A stretch of DNA of 64,000 bases, taken from an uncultured archaeon (GTDB lineage: Archaea > Aenigmatarchaeota > Aenigmatarchaeia > CG10238-14 > SCSR01). Location of the stretch: NCBI GenBank assembly GCA_964570195.1, contig CAZMWU010000001.1, positions 7,433 through 71,432 on the forward strand, in the 5' to 3' direction. Below, piece by piece: positions 1-9,944 of the stretch (position 1 is the stretch's first letter; every line of letters begins with the position of its first letter). Below the pieces are notes generated by a model that was not told the DNA's origin, made no database searches, and saw nothing but the letters and a program-made list of their open reading frames with translations. A program made the translations under genes and the position numbers.

Positions 1-11
1 AATCCAAATTT

Positions 12-2444
12 ATGAAAATAATCATTAACGATCCGTCACGAGTGCCCGAAATTCGCGATATGTTGCAAAAAGAAAAACTCGTAGATGACGTCTACGAAGC
101 AGATATACTATTCAAATACAGATTCATGGCCGATAAAGGTATTTCTGGATTCAAGCGATTCAGGGTTTCTGGTACGCAAACCAGAACAAAGACAGTAAAA
201 ACCGATATTACCATGGATGTCAATGAGATACAAGAAATGGAGAGTTTAGAAAACAGCAATTTAAAATACGTATCGATAGATATAGAAACTATATCCAATG
301 AAGGAGCACCAGATCCAAAAAAGGACATAATCGGAATAATCAGCATGTCTTTTCACCCAGATTATAATTCAGAAAAATCCCTAATTTTGGTATCAAAACC
401 ATCCATAAAAAACAGTAAAGATGTTAAATTTTTTTCAAATGAGAAGGAAATGTTAAAGGAATTTCTCAAGATATTGGAAAATTACGATCCTGATGTCATT
501 ATAGGTTACAACATAAATAATTTTGACTTACCATACATACTTTCACGATTACGGGAGAATGATTTGTCAACTATGTTAGGACGGTGTAATCAGAAACCGT
601 CAATCTCAAGAAAAATCGGGGCGTACTATAAAAATACAATAACTGGCAGAATAATAGCCGATGCTTACGACCTCATTAAAGAGTCTATAAGAAAAGGGAA
701 TTTACGCTTAAAAAGACTTGGTCTCGGTGATGTTTCACGTGAACTATTAAACGATCAGAAGATTGACATAGCTCATAGCGAGATATTTGGTCATTGGCAT
801 GGTGACGATAGTCAATTAACAAAGCTGATTAGTTATGCAAAGAAAGATTCTGAGCTTGCTTTAAGACTGATATTGGAAAAAGGTTTACTCGACAAATTTT
901 TTGAACTAAGCAAGGTATCTGGGTTACTTTTACAAGATTGTTTAGATGGCGGTGAAGCACAAAGAGTGGAAAATCTCTTACTAAGAGAGTTTAATAAAAA
1001 CGACTACGTGTTACCATGCAAACCGTCTGAAAGTACATATGGAAAACAAGATAACCAAGAGTTAAAAGGTGCTCTTGTGTTAGAACCGAAAATAGGGCTC
1101 CACACAGATACGACAGTTTATCTTGACTTTAAATCAATGTACCCGTCAATCTTTATAGCGTATAACATTTGCCCAACCACACTTGTTAAAGACAAGTCAA
1201 ATGCAGTTGAAACTATTAAAACACCATATGGCACCGAATTTGTTTCTAAGAGTGTAAGAAAAGGGATACTTCCCACTATACTAATGTACCTAATTCAGGA
1301 ACGAGATAAAGTAAGATACGAAGAAAGACGAAGTTCCGATAAAAATGTAAAACGTTTGCTCGAAGCAAAACAACTCGCATTGAAAATCATGACTAACGCA
1401 TTCTATGGATATACAGGATATCTTAGAGCTAGGCTATACGTTATTGACATCGCAAATACTATAACTGGATGTGGTAGGTTTCTAATTAACCAAACTAGAG
1501 ATATCATAGAAACCAAATCCGAGTACGAAGTCGTCTACGGCGACACAGACTCTATAATGGTTAAAGTTAAAACCAAAGATCTCGACACAGCATATGAAAC
1601 CGGTAGAAAGTTAGAATCTCTGGTCAATTCCGAACTTACAGGAATTGTACAAATGAAGATAGAAAAAGTATTCAAAACCCTATTAATTCTTTCGAAAAAA
1701 CGTTATGTTGGATTAAGTTATGAAAAGTCAAATGGCAATTGGAAAGAAGAAATGGTAATGAAGGGCATAGAGACTGTACGGAGGGATTGGTGCGATGCCA
1801 CAACAAAAATATTATTTGAGGTTCTTAATATCTTACTAAAGGAACAGAATCCGAAAAAGGCATTTGGATATGTCAAAGAATATTTAATGAATCTTGAAAA
1901 AAATGAAGTTTCAATCGAGGATTTGATTATAACAAAAAGCATTTCTAAATCTATAGCGGCGTATAAAGGAATTCAACCTCATGTCGAACTTGTTAAGAAA
2001 CTAAGAAAAAGAAATGGTGAGGCACCAGGCGTAGGCGATAGAGTGAGTTTTGTAATAGTTAAAGGAATGCAACTTCTTTCAGAAAGAGCAGAGGATCCCG
2101 ACTATGTTAAAAAAAACAAATTACAAATAGATGATAAATATTATGTTGAAAACCAGATACTACCACCTTTAGAAAGGGTCTTTGAAGTCATCGGTATAAG
2201 TAAAACAGAATTGCTTGGAATAGGCAGACAAACTCTTCTGAAGGAGATTTTTAAAAACGGCAATAAAACAAACGGAACTGTTTTGAAAGAGAGTCTAGAC
2301 TCATTTGATGGATTTCTATGTAAAAAATGCAACAAATTCTATAGAAGAGTTCCTTTAATCAATCAGTGTTTTGAGTGTGGCGGAGAAATATTATTTTCCT
2401 CAGATAAAAAGATGGCTCATATTGTACAATTAAAGGGTCAATAG
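12..2444 (+). CDS. polB: Family-B DNA polymerase. It is possibly 5'-truncated by the window edge; there is no in-frame stop upstream of position 12.
   Basis: Exo motifs DIETIS and YNINNFDLPYI; polymerase motifs KxxxNAFYGYTGY and YGDTDS; C-terminal Cys4 zinc ribbon CKKCN...CFECGG. Confidence 0.9.
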   Translation: MKIIINDPSRVPEIRDMLQKEKLVDDVYEADILFKYRFMADKGISGFKRFRVSGTQTRTKTVKTDITMDVNEIQEMESLENSNLKYVSIDIETISNEGAPDPKKDIIGIISMSFHPDYNSEKSLILVSKPSIKNSKDVKFFSNEKEMLKEFLKILENYDPDVIIGYNINNFDLPYILSRLRENDLSTMLGRCNQKPSISRKIGAYYKNTITGRIIADAYDLIKESIRKGNLRLKRLGLGDVSRELLNDQKIDIAHSEIFGHWHGDDSQLTKLISYAKKDSELALRLILEKGLLDKFFELSKVSGLLLQDCLDGGEAQRVENLLLREFNKNDYVLPCKPSESTYGKQDNQELKGALVLEPKIGLHTDTTVYLDFKSMYPSIFIAYNICPTTLVKDKSNAVETIKTPYGTEFVSKSVRKGILPTILMYLIQERDKVRYEERRSSDKNVKRLLEAKQLALKIMTNAFYGYTGYLRARLYVIDIANTITGCGRFLINQTRDIIETKSEYEVVYGDTDSIMVKVKTKDLDTAYETGRKLESLVNSELTGIVQMKIEKVFKTLLILSKKRYVGLSYEKSNGNWKEEMVMKGIETVRRDWCDATTKILFEVLNILLKEQNPKKAFGYVKEYLMNLEKNEVSIEDLIITKSISKSIAAYKGIQPHVELVKKLRKRNGEAPGVGDRVSFVIVKGMQLLSERAEDPDYVKKNKLQIDDKYYVENQILPPLERVFEVIGISKTELLGIGRQTLLKEIFKNGNKTNGTVLKESLDSFDGFLCKKCNKFYRRVPLINQCFECGGEILFSSDKKMAHIVQLKGQ

Positions 2445-3524
2445 TGATTTTTCCCCTACTATTAATTTAGTAGTTTTTGGAACTCTCTCTTCAAGATTTA
2501 AAATTTTTACTTGGCGACCTATTAAGCTGTCTGATAACCGTTTATTGCAATCTATGTGTACATTATCAAATATAATACAATTTTCTATTTCACCGCTCTT
2601 TATTATCGTTCCATCACCAATTGATGTATAAGGGCCTATATAAACTCCCTTTTCGATTTCGCAGTTCTTACCTATTACTACAGGGCCTCTTATTGTAGCC
2701 CCGCTTCTGACTGTCGTTTTCTCGTCTATGAACACATTCCCTATTATATACGCACCGTCTTCTACTGTACCTAAAATATTTGGTTTTATGTCGTGTAATA
2801 TAAGTCGATTTGCCTCTAATAAATCATCTGGTGTACCAGTGTCTTTCCACCAATCATCAACAAATACATGTTTTACTTCATGCCCATCTTCAATCATCTT
2901 TTGCAAAGCGTCAGTAATTTCCAATTCATTTCTTGCAGATGGAGTTAACTTTTCTATCACGTTGAATATCTTTTCATTTAAAAAATAGATGCCAGTAATG
3001 ACTAAATTACTTTTAGGTTCGCTGGGTTTTTCAATAAGCCTTTTAATTTTATCACCATCGAGCTCTACAACACCATATAACCTAGGGTCTTTTACTTTTG
3101 TAAGATGTATTAAAGCATCGTAATTATGTTCCAAAAAAAGATTCAGAGAATTTTTGATACCACCTTTTAAAAAGTTGTCACCAAGGTACAATACGAACTT
3201 ATCACCAGCAATGAACTGTTTCGATATTTTAACTGCGTGTGCTATTCCCAAAGGTTCAGGTTGTTCTATATATGTTATGTTTATACCATATCTGGAACCG
3301 TCACCAAGCAATTCCTTTATTCCTTCTTTCACAGGTCCCAAGACAATTCCCACATCTTTTATACCAGCTTCAATGATGTCTTCAATAGCGTATAAAATCA
3401 TGGGCTTATTCCCTAAAGGTAATACATGCTTATTTGTAGTATATGTTAAAGGTCGTAATCTTGTTCCGTGACCACCAGCTAATAATAATGCTTTCATTGT
3501 ACCATGCTCTAACATGCTAATCAA
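2430..3524 (-). CDS. Sugar-1-phosphate nucleotidyltransferase (glucose-1-phosphate thymidylyltransferase-like) with a C-terminal left-handed beta-helix domain. The real start is probably the internal ATG giving MKALLLAGG, near 3497.
   Basis: Motif LAGGHGTRLRPLT (GxGTRLxPLT); C-terminal hexapeptide repeats (IGxxxxIxxxxxIG pattern). Confidence 0.85.
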   Translation of the reverse strand: MISMLEHGTMKALLLAGGHGTRLRPLTYTTNKHVLPLGNKPMILYAIEDIIEAGIKDVGIVLGPVKEGIKELLGDGSRYGINITYIEQPEPLGIAHAVKISKQFIAGDKFVLYLGDNFLKGGIKNSLNLFLEHNYDALIHLTKVKDPRLYGVVELDGDKIKRLIEKPSEPKSNLVITGIYFLNEKIFNVIEKLTPSARNELEITDALQKMIEDGHEVKHVFVDDWWKDTGTPDDLLEANRLILHDIKPNILGTVEDGAYIIGNVFIDEKTTVRSGATIRGPVVIGKNCEIEKGVYIGPYTSIGDGTIIKSGEIENCIIFDNVHIDCNKRLSDSLIGRQVKILNLEERVPKTTKLIVGEKSLLTL

Positions 3525-3616
3525 ATGTTAAATATTTAAATTCTTTGCCACACACAGAACAAACAACAATTATTTCACAACATATTACGGATTGTTGGAT
3601 ATCGAAATTCGTTACA

Positions 3617-3631
3617 GTGAAATAATTTCAC
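3617..3631. promoter_or_regulatory. Perfect palindrome GTGAAAT-A-ATTTCAC in the promoter region of the nucleotidyltransferase gene.
   Basis: 7-bp inverted arms with a 1-nt spacer; an extra ATTTCAC half-site at 3572-3578. Confidence 0.3.
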
Positions 3632-3686
3632 ACCCAGTGTTTGTATTCACCATTTTGTAATTAGAAAATAAACTCTGGGTCGAATA

Positions 3687-4130
3687 CTAAACATTTTCAC
3701 CTAGAAATTCTATTATTTTTTCATCTATTCTGCATTCTGGCGAATTGTATCTTTTAAATTTATGAGTTCTGACCGCTTTAATACAATTTTCTAAATTGTC
3801 GATGGATTTACAATTAATTAAGTATCCAAGTCTATGCAATTCATTTGCTAAATCCGGGTTATGTACTATAGACGGATTTTCTAGACATATTAATTTCTTC
3901 TTATGTCCCAATACCTCAAAGATAGTACCTGCACCGTGATGTGATATTACAATATCAGCCTTTTTATAAAACTTATGAAGAGGGGCGTGAAACCTAAACC
4001 ATTTAATATTTCGAGGCCTATATTTACTTTCTCCTATCTGAGCGACAACTGGCTCTTTTAGTCTATGCGATATTTCGTCTATTTTTTTAATTAGCTCATC
4101 AAATTTCCATCCAGCGATTACAAATATCAT
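3687..4130 (-). CDS. Alg13-like glycosyltransferase catalytic subunit (GT28 C-terminal domain).
   Basis: About 150 aa with an HHGAGT motif; 4-bp overlap with the upstream Alg14-like gene. Confidence 0.55.
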   Translation of the reverse strand: MIFVIAGWKFDELIKKIDEISHRLKEPVVAQIGESKYRPRNIKWFRFHAPLHKFYKKADIVISHHGAGTIFEVLGHKKKLICLENPSIVHNPDLANELHRLGYLINCKSIDNLENCIKAVRTHKFKRYNSPECRIDEKIIEFLGENV

Positions 4131-4594
4131 AATAATCTCCCAGCATATACAGCTTTAGGATAAACTTTTTTTAACGGTTCCCATTGGACAAAAAATAAAT
4201 CTGCTATTTTGTATATCAACTTGCCTGATAGTGACGGGTTTCTAACTCTAGACCAACTTTCTATAAAAATAATTTTTTTACCCAGTAGCTTACCCAGATA
4301 ACAAAATGGTATTGGTACATTTGAACCAGGACTAACAATCGCATCTGGATTTTCTCTTAATAATATCATCAATGCCTTAAATAAAATTATAGGATAACTA
4401 CACAGAGTCCTAATATTTTTAGGACCTGTAAATGGCATACTAATGAATTTTACTCTATATCCTTTAAGCAAAGTTTTCGAAACATCTGTATAATGCGTTA
4501 CAAATACCAAATCGAATTTTGACTTTAACTTTTCGGCCAATAATAAACTTTGCGTTAGGTGTCCACCTCGTGTAGTTGCTATCATTATTTTCAT
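4127..4594 (-). CDS. Alg14-like membrane-anchoring subunit of an Alg13/14-type UDP-GlcNAc transferase.
   Basis: About 155 aa with a Rossmann-like N-terminus; ATGA-coupled to the Alg13-like gene. Confidence 0.5.
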   Translation of the reverse strand: MKIMIATTRGGHLTQSLLLAEKLKSKFDLVFVTHYTDVSKTLLKGYRVKFISMPFTGPKNIRTLCSYPIILFKALMILLRENPDAIVSPGSNVPIPFCYLGKLLGKKIIFIESWSRVRNPSLSGKLIYKIADLFFVQWEPLKKVYPKAVYAGRLL

Positions 4595-4662
4595 AAAGCA
4601 TCTGTTTTATCTATAACTTAAAAAGCCTTAAATAGTTCACACCTTTAATATTTTTTGATAGA

Positions 4663-5601
4663 ATGAAAAGAGTCGGTGTAATAGGGGCTGGTAAATGGGG
4701 AATGAACCATATCAGAATATATAAAACACTTCTTCATGAAGTTGAATTCGTTGGTATTTCAGACATTGACCAAGAAAAAAAGTCTATAGCAGATAAGCTC
4801 GAAATAGCATTTTTTCATGACTATAGCGATTTAGTTAAAAATGTTGATGCCGTAAGCATAGTAGCACCTACAAACATACATTACAAACTTGTTAGAGAGT
4901 GCCTGACAAAAAATACACATGTTTTAGTTGAAAAACCATTAGTCTTTACCTCTAAAGAGGCCGAAGAATTAGTGAAATTGGCTAAAGATAAGAGTCTGGT
5001 ATTACATGTAGGATATCTTTTTAGATTTAACCCAGTAGTACCAAAACTGAAAGAATTATTACCCTCAATAGGAGAAATAAGAGCCGTAAATGCCAGATAT
5101 ATACAACCGAATAAACAACGAAACGATTCAGGCGTAGTGTTTAATCTTTCCGTACATTTGGTAGATATTTTAAATTTCATTCTCCCTCAGAAACCAACAA
5201 AAGTTTTATGTAAAAAAACAAATAAACTCGACATTAATTTCGAAGATTCCGCAACTATTATTTTACGGTATGATAAATTTCATGCCGCATTAGAATTAAG
5301 TTGTGAGCATCCTGAAAAACAGCGTGACATGTTCATACTAGGAACTAAAGGGGCGTTATATGCAGATTTCAAAGAGCAAATTTTAATTAAATATACAGCT
5401 CCCCAGATATCTGGCGATGAATGGAAAAGTGAATTCATTTCAATTGAAAAAAAAGAGCCTCTTAGAGAAGAGATCATTAATTTCTTAAAGTCACTAGAAA
5501 ATGAAGAAGCACGTAAGTTAGGGGAAGAAGAAATTTATACAACACGTATATGTGAAAAAGCTCTAGAATCCGCAAACTCGGAACTGGAATTGGAAATATG
5601 A
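4663..5601 (+). CDS. Gfo/Idh/MocA-family NAD-dependent oxidoreductase (WbpB-like UDP-GlcNAc(A) 3-dehydrogenase candidate).
   Basis: N-terminal GVIGAGKWG Rossmann motif and EKP motif; first gene of an ATGA-coupled operon with an acetyltransferase and an aminotransferase. Confidence 0.8.
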   Translation: MKRVGVIGAGKWGMNHIRIYKTLLHEVEFVGISDIDQEKKSIADKLEIAFFHDYSDLVKNVDAVSIVAPTNIHYKLVRECLTKNTHVLVEKPLVFTSKEAEELVKLAKDKSLVLHVGYLFRFNPVVPKLKELLPSIGEIRAVNARYIQPNKQRNDSGVVFNLSVHLVDILNFILPQKPTKVLCKKTNKLDINFEDSATIILRYDKFHAALELSCEHPEKQRDMFILGTKGALYADFKEQILIKYTAPQISGDEWKSEFISIEKKEPLREEIINFLKSLENEEARKLGEEEIYTTRICEKALESANSELELEI

Positions 5602-6239
5602 ACAATTCAAAAATATATGAAAATGTAGAACTTGGTAAAAATGTAGAAATAGAAGATTTTGTTATAATAGGTAAACCACCAACAAGAAGTGTACCGAATC
5701 TCCAAAAAACTAAAATCGGCGATAATTCAATCATACGTTCTTTTACTATAATTTATGCTGGGAATAAGATAGGAGCGAACTTTAAAACAGGTAATGGTGT
5801 AGTAATAAGAGAAAGCAACGAAATAGGGGACAATGTCAGCATTGGTATAGGTAGTGAAATAGCATACAATGTTAAAATAGGAAATGATGTCAAGTTACAC
5901 TCTGATGTGCATGTGTTTGAAAATACCGTTATAGAGGATAATTGTAGAATCAATCCTGGTGTATATTTTTTAAATTCGAAATACCCCTATTCACCAGGTG
6001 AGAAAGAACGTCTGAAAGGATGCATAATTAAAAAAGGTGCTGTTATAGCAGCTAGAGCAATAATAATGCCAGGTGTGACAGTTGGAAGTTATTCTCTAGT
6101 CGGTGCAGGTTCCCTAGTTACAAAAGATATACCACCATTTAAAGTAGTCGTCGGGAGACCAGCAAAAATTATTAAAGATATCCGTGAAATAAAGTTTTCA
6201 GACGGATCTAGAGTATACAGTAATGTTCCGGATGGTTAA
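5598..6239 (+). CDS. Hexapeptide-repeat N-acetyltransferase (WbpD/PglD-like).
   Basis: Tandem [LIV]G hexapeptide repeats throughout the 213 aa; located between the dehydrogenase and the aminotransferase. Confidence 0.75.
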   Translation: MNNSKIYENVELGKNVEIEDFVIIGKPPTRSVPNLQKTKIGDNSIIRSFTIIYAGNKIGANFKTGNGVVIRESNEIGDNVSIGIGSEIAYNVKIGNDVKLHSDVHVFENTVIEDNCRINPGVYFLNSKYPYSPGEKERLKGCIIKKGAVIAARAIIMPGVTVGSYSLVGAGSLVTKDIPPFKVVVGRPAKIIKDIREIKFSDGSRVYSNVPDG

Positions 6240-7356
6240 AATGGAAGTACCGCTTGTTAATTTAAAAGCGCAATATTTGCGATTAAAAGTTGAAATTGAC
6301 CAAGCTATACAAGACGTTATTAACAGTTCTCAATTTTTGAGAGGAGATGCCCTAGAAGAATTCGAAAAGAACTTTGCAAACTTTTGCGGATCTAAATTTG
6401 CAGTTGGATGTAGTTCTGGTACAACTGCATTAGAACTAGCACTCCGTACAACAAAAATAAAACCTTATGATGAGGTAATAACAGTTCCAAATACGTTTAC
6501 AGCTACAGCAGCCTCTATTAGCCATGTAGGAGCTGTACCGAAATTTGTAGATATTGATGGAAAAACATTCAATATAGACGTCAATAAAATAGAAGATGCC
6601 ATTTCTACAAAAACTAAAGCAATTTTACCAGTTCATCTTTATGGTCAACCGTGTGACATGAAACAAATTAAAAGGATTGCAGATAACTACGATTTAATTA
6701 TTATCGAAGATTGCGCTCAAGCAAATGGAGCAGAGTATAATGGTAAACGTCTACCTATATCTGATATAGGGTGTTTCAGTTTTTTTCCAGCCAAAAATTT
6801 GGGTGCATTCGGAGATGCAGGATGCATAGTGACTAACAATGAGGATGTTGCTTCTGTAACTTCAATGCTTTTAGATCACGGACGGGCTAAAAACAAGAAA
6901 TATGAACATGATTTATTGGGATTCAATTACAGAATGGCAAATATACAAGCAGCAGTACTTAATGTGAAATTAAAATTTTTACACAGTTTTAATAAAAAAA
7001 GAAGAGAAAATGCAAAACTGTATAATGATCTTTTGTATAAATTAGACGGAATTGTAATTCCTTTTGAAGCAGAAAATTCAAAACACGTTTATTATGTATA
7101 TACTGTAAAAGTAAAGAAACGTGATGAACTTGCTACCTTTTTAAAGAATAACGGAATAACAACACAAATTTATTATCCAATTCCCTTGCATCTGCAATTA
7201 GCCTATAAAGGTCTAAATTACAAAAGAGGAGATTTTCCAATTTCGGAAAAAGTTTCCGAGGAGATCTTAAGCCTACCAATGTGTCCTGAATTGAAAGAAG
7301 ATCAAATCCGATATGTAGTAGACAAAATAAAAATGTTCTTTTCAGACAATGTGTAG
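6223..7356 (+). CDS. DegT/DnrJ/EryC1/StrS-family PLP-dependent sugar aminotransferase (WbpE-like).
   Basis: Motifs DIGCFSFFPAKNLGAFGDAG (PLP lysine region) and LHLQ; 377 aa. Confidence 0.85.
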   Translation: MFRMVKMEVPLVNLKAQYLRLKVEIDQAIQDVINSSQFLRGDALEEFEKNFANFCGSKFAVGCSSGTTALELALRTTKIKPYDEVITVPNTFTATAASISHVGAVPKFVDIDGKTFNIDVNKIEDAISTKTKAILPVHLYGQPCDMKQIKRIADNYDLIIIEDCAQANGAEYNGKRLPISDIGCFSFFPAKNLGAFGDAGCIVTNNEDVASVTSMLLDHGRAKNKKYEHDLLGFNYRMANIQAAVLNVKLKFLHSFNKKRRENAKLYNDLLYKLDGIVIPFEAENSKHVYYVYTVKVKKRDELATFLKNNGITTQIYYPIPLHLQLAYKGLNYKRGDFPISEKVSEEILSLPMCPELKEDQIRYVVDKIKMFFSDNV

Positions 7357-7364
7357 CAATAGCT

Positions 7365-7376
7365 TTTTATATATAA
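7365..7376 (+). promoter_or_regulatory. Archaeal TATA box (ttttatatataa) about 27-36 bp upstream of the 7402 start.
   Basis: AT-rich TATA-like octamer at the canonical archaeal distance from the start. Confidence 0.45.
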
Positions 7377-7401
7377 TTAACCTCAAGTATTACGTGATGT
7401 T

Positions 7402-8307
7402 TTGGCTATAGTAAGTATAATAGGTTCCGGTTATGTAGGGTCTTCGATAGGAAAATCTCTGTTAAATAAAGGAAATAAAATTATCTTTTATGATATAAAA
7501 GAATCAGTAATTAATAATTTAAAAAACAATGGTTATAACACTACTAACGATATAAAACAAGCAATTGAAGAATCTGATATATCATTTTTATGTGTACCAA
7601 CTCCAACGAAAGATGGAAAAATTGATTTAAGTTTCTTGAAATCCGCTGTAGAAGCAATAGGAACCCAGTTGAAAATTAAATCTAAATACCATTTAATTGT
7701 TGTTAAAAGTACTGTTGTACCAACAACTACAGAAACCTTTGTAAAATCTCTTCTCGAGAAAACATCAGGTAGAACTTGTGGTAAGAACTTTGGGCTATGT
7801 TCAAATCCAGAGTTTCTAACTCAAGTAAATAAAAATACTACCGATCCGGACTTGAAGGCATGGTATGAAGTTAATCAAGACGGAATAAAAACTTTTGAAG
7901 ATAAATTTATTATTGGTGAATATGATAAAAAATCAGGTGATGTCCTAGAGGAGATGTTCAAAAAATTCAGCGTTCCTGTTTTTAGAACAGATTTAAAAAC
8001 AGCTGAAATGGTAAAATACGCACATAATCTCAAGTTAGCCAATAAGATTTCTTATTGGAATGAAATTTTTCTGATATGTAATAAACTAGGTATAGACTCA
8101 AAAAAAGTTGCCGAAATAGTTAGTTCAGATTCAAGAATCGGAAAATACGGTATTGTCCATGGAAAGGCATTCGGAGGTACGTGCTTACCCAAAGACTTGG
8201 AATCATTTATAACTTTTGCAAAAGAAAATAATCTGAACCCAAAGCTTTTACAAGCCGTATTAGAAATAAATAAACAAATGTTTAAAAAATATGGAGTTAG
8301 AGAATAA
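7402..8307 (+). CDS. UDP-glucose/GDP-mannose dehydrogenase-family protein (WbpA-like). It is unusually short at 301 aa and the C-terminal UDP-binding domain appears absent. It uses a TTG start.
   Basis: N-terminal IIGSGYVGSS NAD fold; catalytic GGTCLPKD cysteine motif; TATA ttttatatata 27-36 bp upstream. Confidence 0.6.
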   Translation: MAIVSIIGSGYVGSSIGKSLLNKGNKIIFYDIKESVINNLKNNGYNTTNDIKQAIEESDISFLCVPTPTKDGKIDLSFLKSAVEAIGTQLKIKSKYHLIVVKSTVVPTTTETFVKSLLEKTSGRTCGKNFGLCSNPEFLTQVNKNTTDPDLKAWYEVNQDGIKTFEDKFIIGEYDKKSGDVLEEMFKKFSVPVFRTDLKTAEMVKYAHNLKLANKISYWNEIFLICNKLGIDSKKVAEIVSSDSRIGKYGIVHGKAFGGTCLPKDLESFITFAKENNLNPKLLQAVLEINKQMFKKYGVRE

Positions 8308-8360
8308 AGTGATGATCCTAAATATACTAAAATTTACTAAATTAAACGATTCATAAAGGC

Positions 8361-9773
8361 TTGACTAAAATGAAAAGAAGGGTTCTAATTATAGGATTAG
8401 ATGGTGCCAGTTTAGATATAATAAATAAGGGGATCGAAAATAATATTTTACCGAATTTCAAAACCATGATAGAAAATGGTATATGTGGAAACCTAAGAAG
8501 TACAATGCCTCCCAAATCTGCTGTAGCATGGTCGTCATTCATGACTGGAAAAAATCCTGGAAAACATGGCGTGTTTGATTGGACTAGATTCAATTCAAAT
8601 TATGAAACTGAAATGTTGAATGGTGGTAATATCATGTGTGACACTATATGGAAACTATTAGGACTTGAAGGGAAATTTTCCATATTAGTAAATATACCAT
8701 TTACTTATCCTCCTGAAAAAATAAATGGAATTGTATTTACTGGCATTGAAACACCGGGAAGTAAACCGGCATTTCACCCTGAAAATTTAGAAATTCCAAT
8801 TGAATTGATGTATGATATAAAACTAGAAGAATTCAATGAAGTGAAAAATATAACAACATTATTAAATATGCTGAAACATGACATTAAAACCAAGTTTGAC
8901 TTGTTCCGATACTTGATTCATAAATATGAATGGGATTTATCAATGATTGCCTTCTACGAAACTGATTATATACAACATAAAGTGCAGTATCATAGAGAGA
9001 AGATATTAGAACTATACAAATATATTGATGAATTGATAGGTGAAATCATAGATACATTGACTGATGATGATATTCTTATTGTGTTGTCAGACCACGGTGG
9101 AGGCAATATTAAGAAGGTATTTCATTTAAACACATGGTTGAAACAAAAAGAACTTCTAGTTACAAAAAAACTGAACTCAGGTTTATTTAGAACAGAATTT
9201 ACAAAAGAAAATATATATAATATTCTTTCGAAGTTAAAACTTCTTCCGATAGGTCTATGGATTTATAAGAAATTCAATATCAGAATACCAGTTACAAACG
9301 CAGAAATCGATTTTAATCAAAGTAAGGCATTTAGTCAATCTTCACTAGGAGTAAGTAGAGGAATAATAATAAATGAAAACTCTCATAAGGAAGAAATAAA
9401 AGCTCTTATTAAAGACGGCTTGTTAGAAATCAAAGACCCCGATAATAAACAAAAAATAATAGAGCATGTTTATGATAGGGAAGAAATATATAGTGGATCG
9501 CATGTAAATGATGCCCCAGATTTGATTGTAATTACAAAAAATTCAGAATATTCAATAAGCAATAGAATGTATGGTAATATGTTGCTTTCAAAACCAACCC
9601 ATTCTCAGATGGGAGCACATACAATGGACGGAGTTCTCATTATTTATAATAAAAAAAATAATAAAAAGAAAATACTTGAAAATGCAAATATTCTGGATAT
9701 GGCACCTACCATATTGAGTTTATTTGACGTCCCAGTTCCGACGGATATGGACGGGACAAAACTTGAAATATAG
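8361..9773 (+). CDS. Alkaline-phosphatase-superfamily protein of the type I phosphodiesterase/nucleotide pyrophosphatase-like family.
   Basis: N-terminal VLIIGLDGASLD metal-binding motif; later SDHGG motif. Confidence 0.55.
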   Translation: MTKMKRRVLIIGLDGASLDIINKGIENNILPNFKTMIENGICGNLRSTMPPKSAVAWSSFMTGKNPGKHGVFDWTRFNSNYETEMLNGGNIMCDTIWKLLGLEGKFSILVNIPFTYPPEKINGIVFTGIETPGSKPAFHPENLEIPIELMYDIKLEEFNEVKNITTLLNMLKHDIKTKFDLFRYLIHKYEWDLSMIAFYETDYIQHKVQYHREKILELYKYIDELIGEIIDTLTDDDILIVLSDHGGGNIKKVFHLNTWLKQKELLVTKKLNSGLFRTEFTKENIYNILSKLKLLPIGLWIYKKFNIRIPVTNAEIDFNQSKAFSQSSLGVSRGIIINENSHKEEIKALIKDGLLEIKDPDNKQKIIEHVYDREEIYSGSHVNDAPDLIVITKNSEYSISNRMYGNMLLSKPTHSQMGAHTMDGVLIIYNKKNNKKKILENANILDMAPTILSLFDVPVPTDMDGTKLEI

Positions 9774-9813
9774 AAAAACGACACCATTTCATATATAACC
9801 AAATTCACTGAGT

Positions 9814-9833
9814 CTTTTTTAATTTTATTTTCG
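9814..9833 (+). terminator. T-rich tract (cttttttaattttattttcg) in the convergent intergenic region.
   Basis: Oligo-T stretch downstream of the 9773 stop; archaeal intrinsic termination occurs at T tracts. Confidence 0.3.
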
Positions 9834-9944
9834 TTATACTTTAATAACTTTTCTTCTTACATTTTTTTAAACTTGTGGTAGTTTCATTAAAAAATGAATC
9901 ACACATTCAAACACAGAATCAAAACCCATTCCAACTTCCAGTCT

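Noticed and set aside
92-346. Antisense ORFs embedded within long genes (e.g. 92-346, 1718-1942, 2141-2335, 2728-2988, 3154-3471, 4881-5180, 5280-5734, 13615-13848, 16230-16568, 49149-49592, 53450-54616, 59608-60306).
   Set aside because: They lie entirely inside, and opposite to, strongly supported genes. They have low-complexity or hydrophobic composition typical of shadow frames in AT-rich DNA, with no independent signals.
12-2444. Intein insertion in polB.
   Set aside because: The ORF length (810 aa) and the contiguous exo and pol motifs leave no room for an intein. No homing-endonuclease LAGLIDADG-like block was seen.
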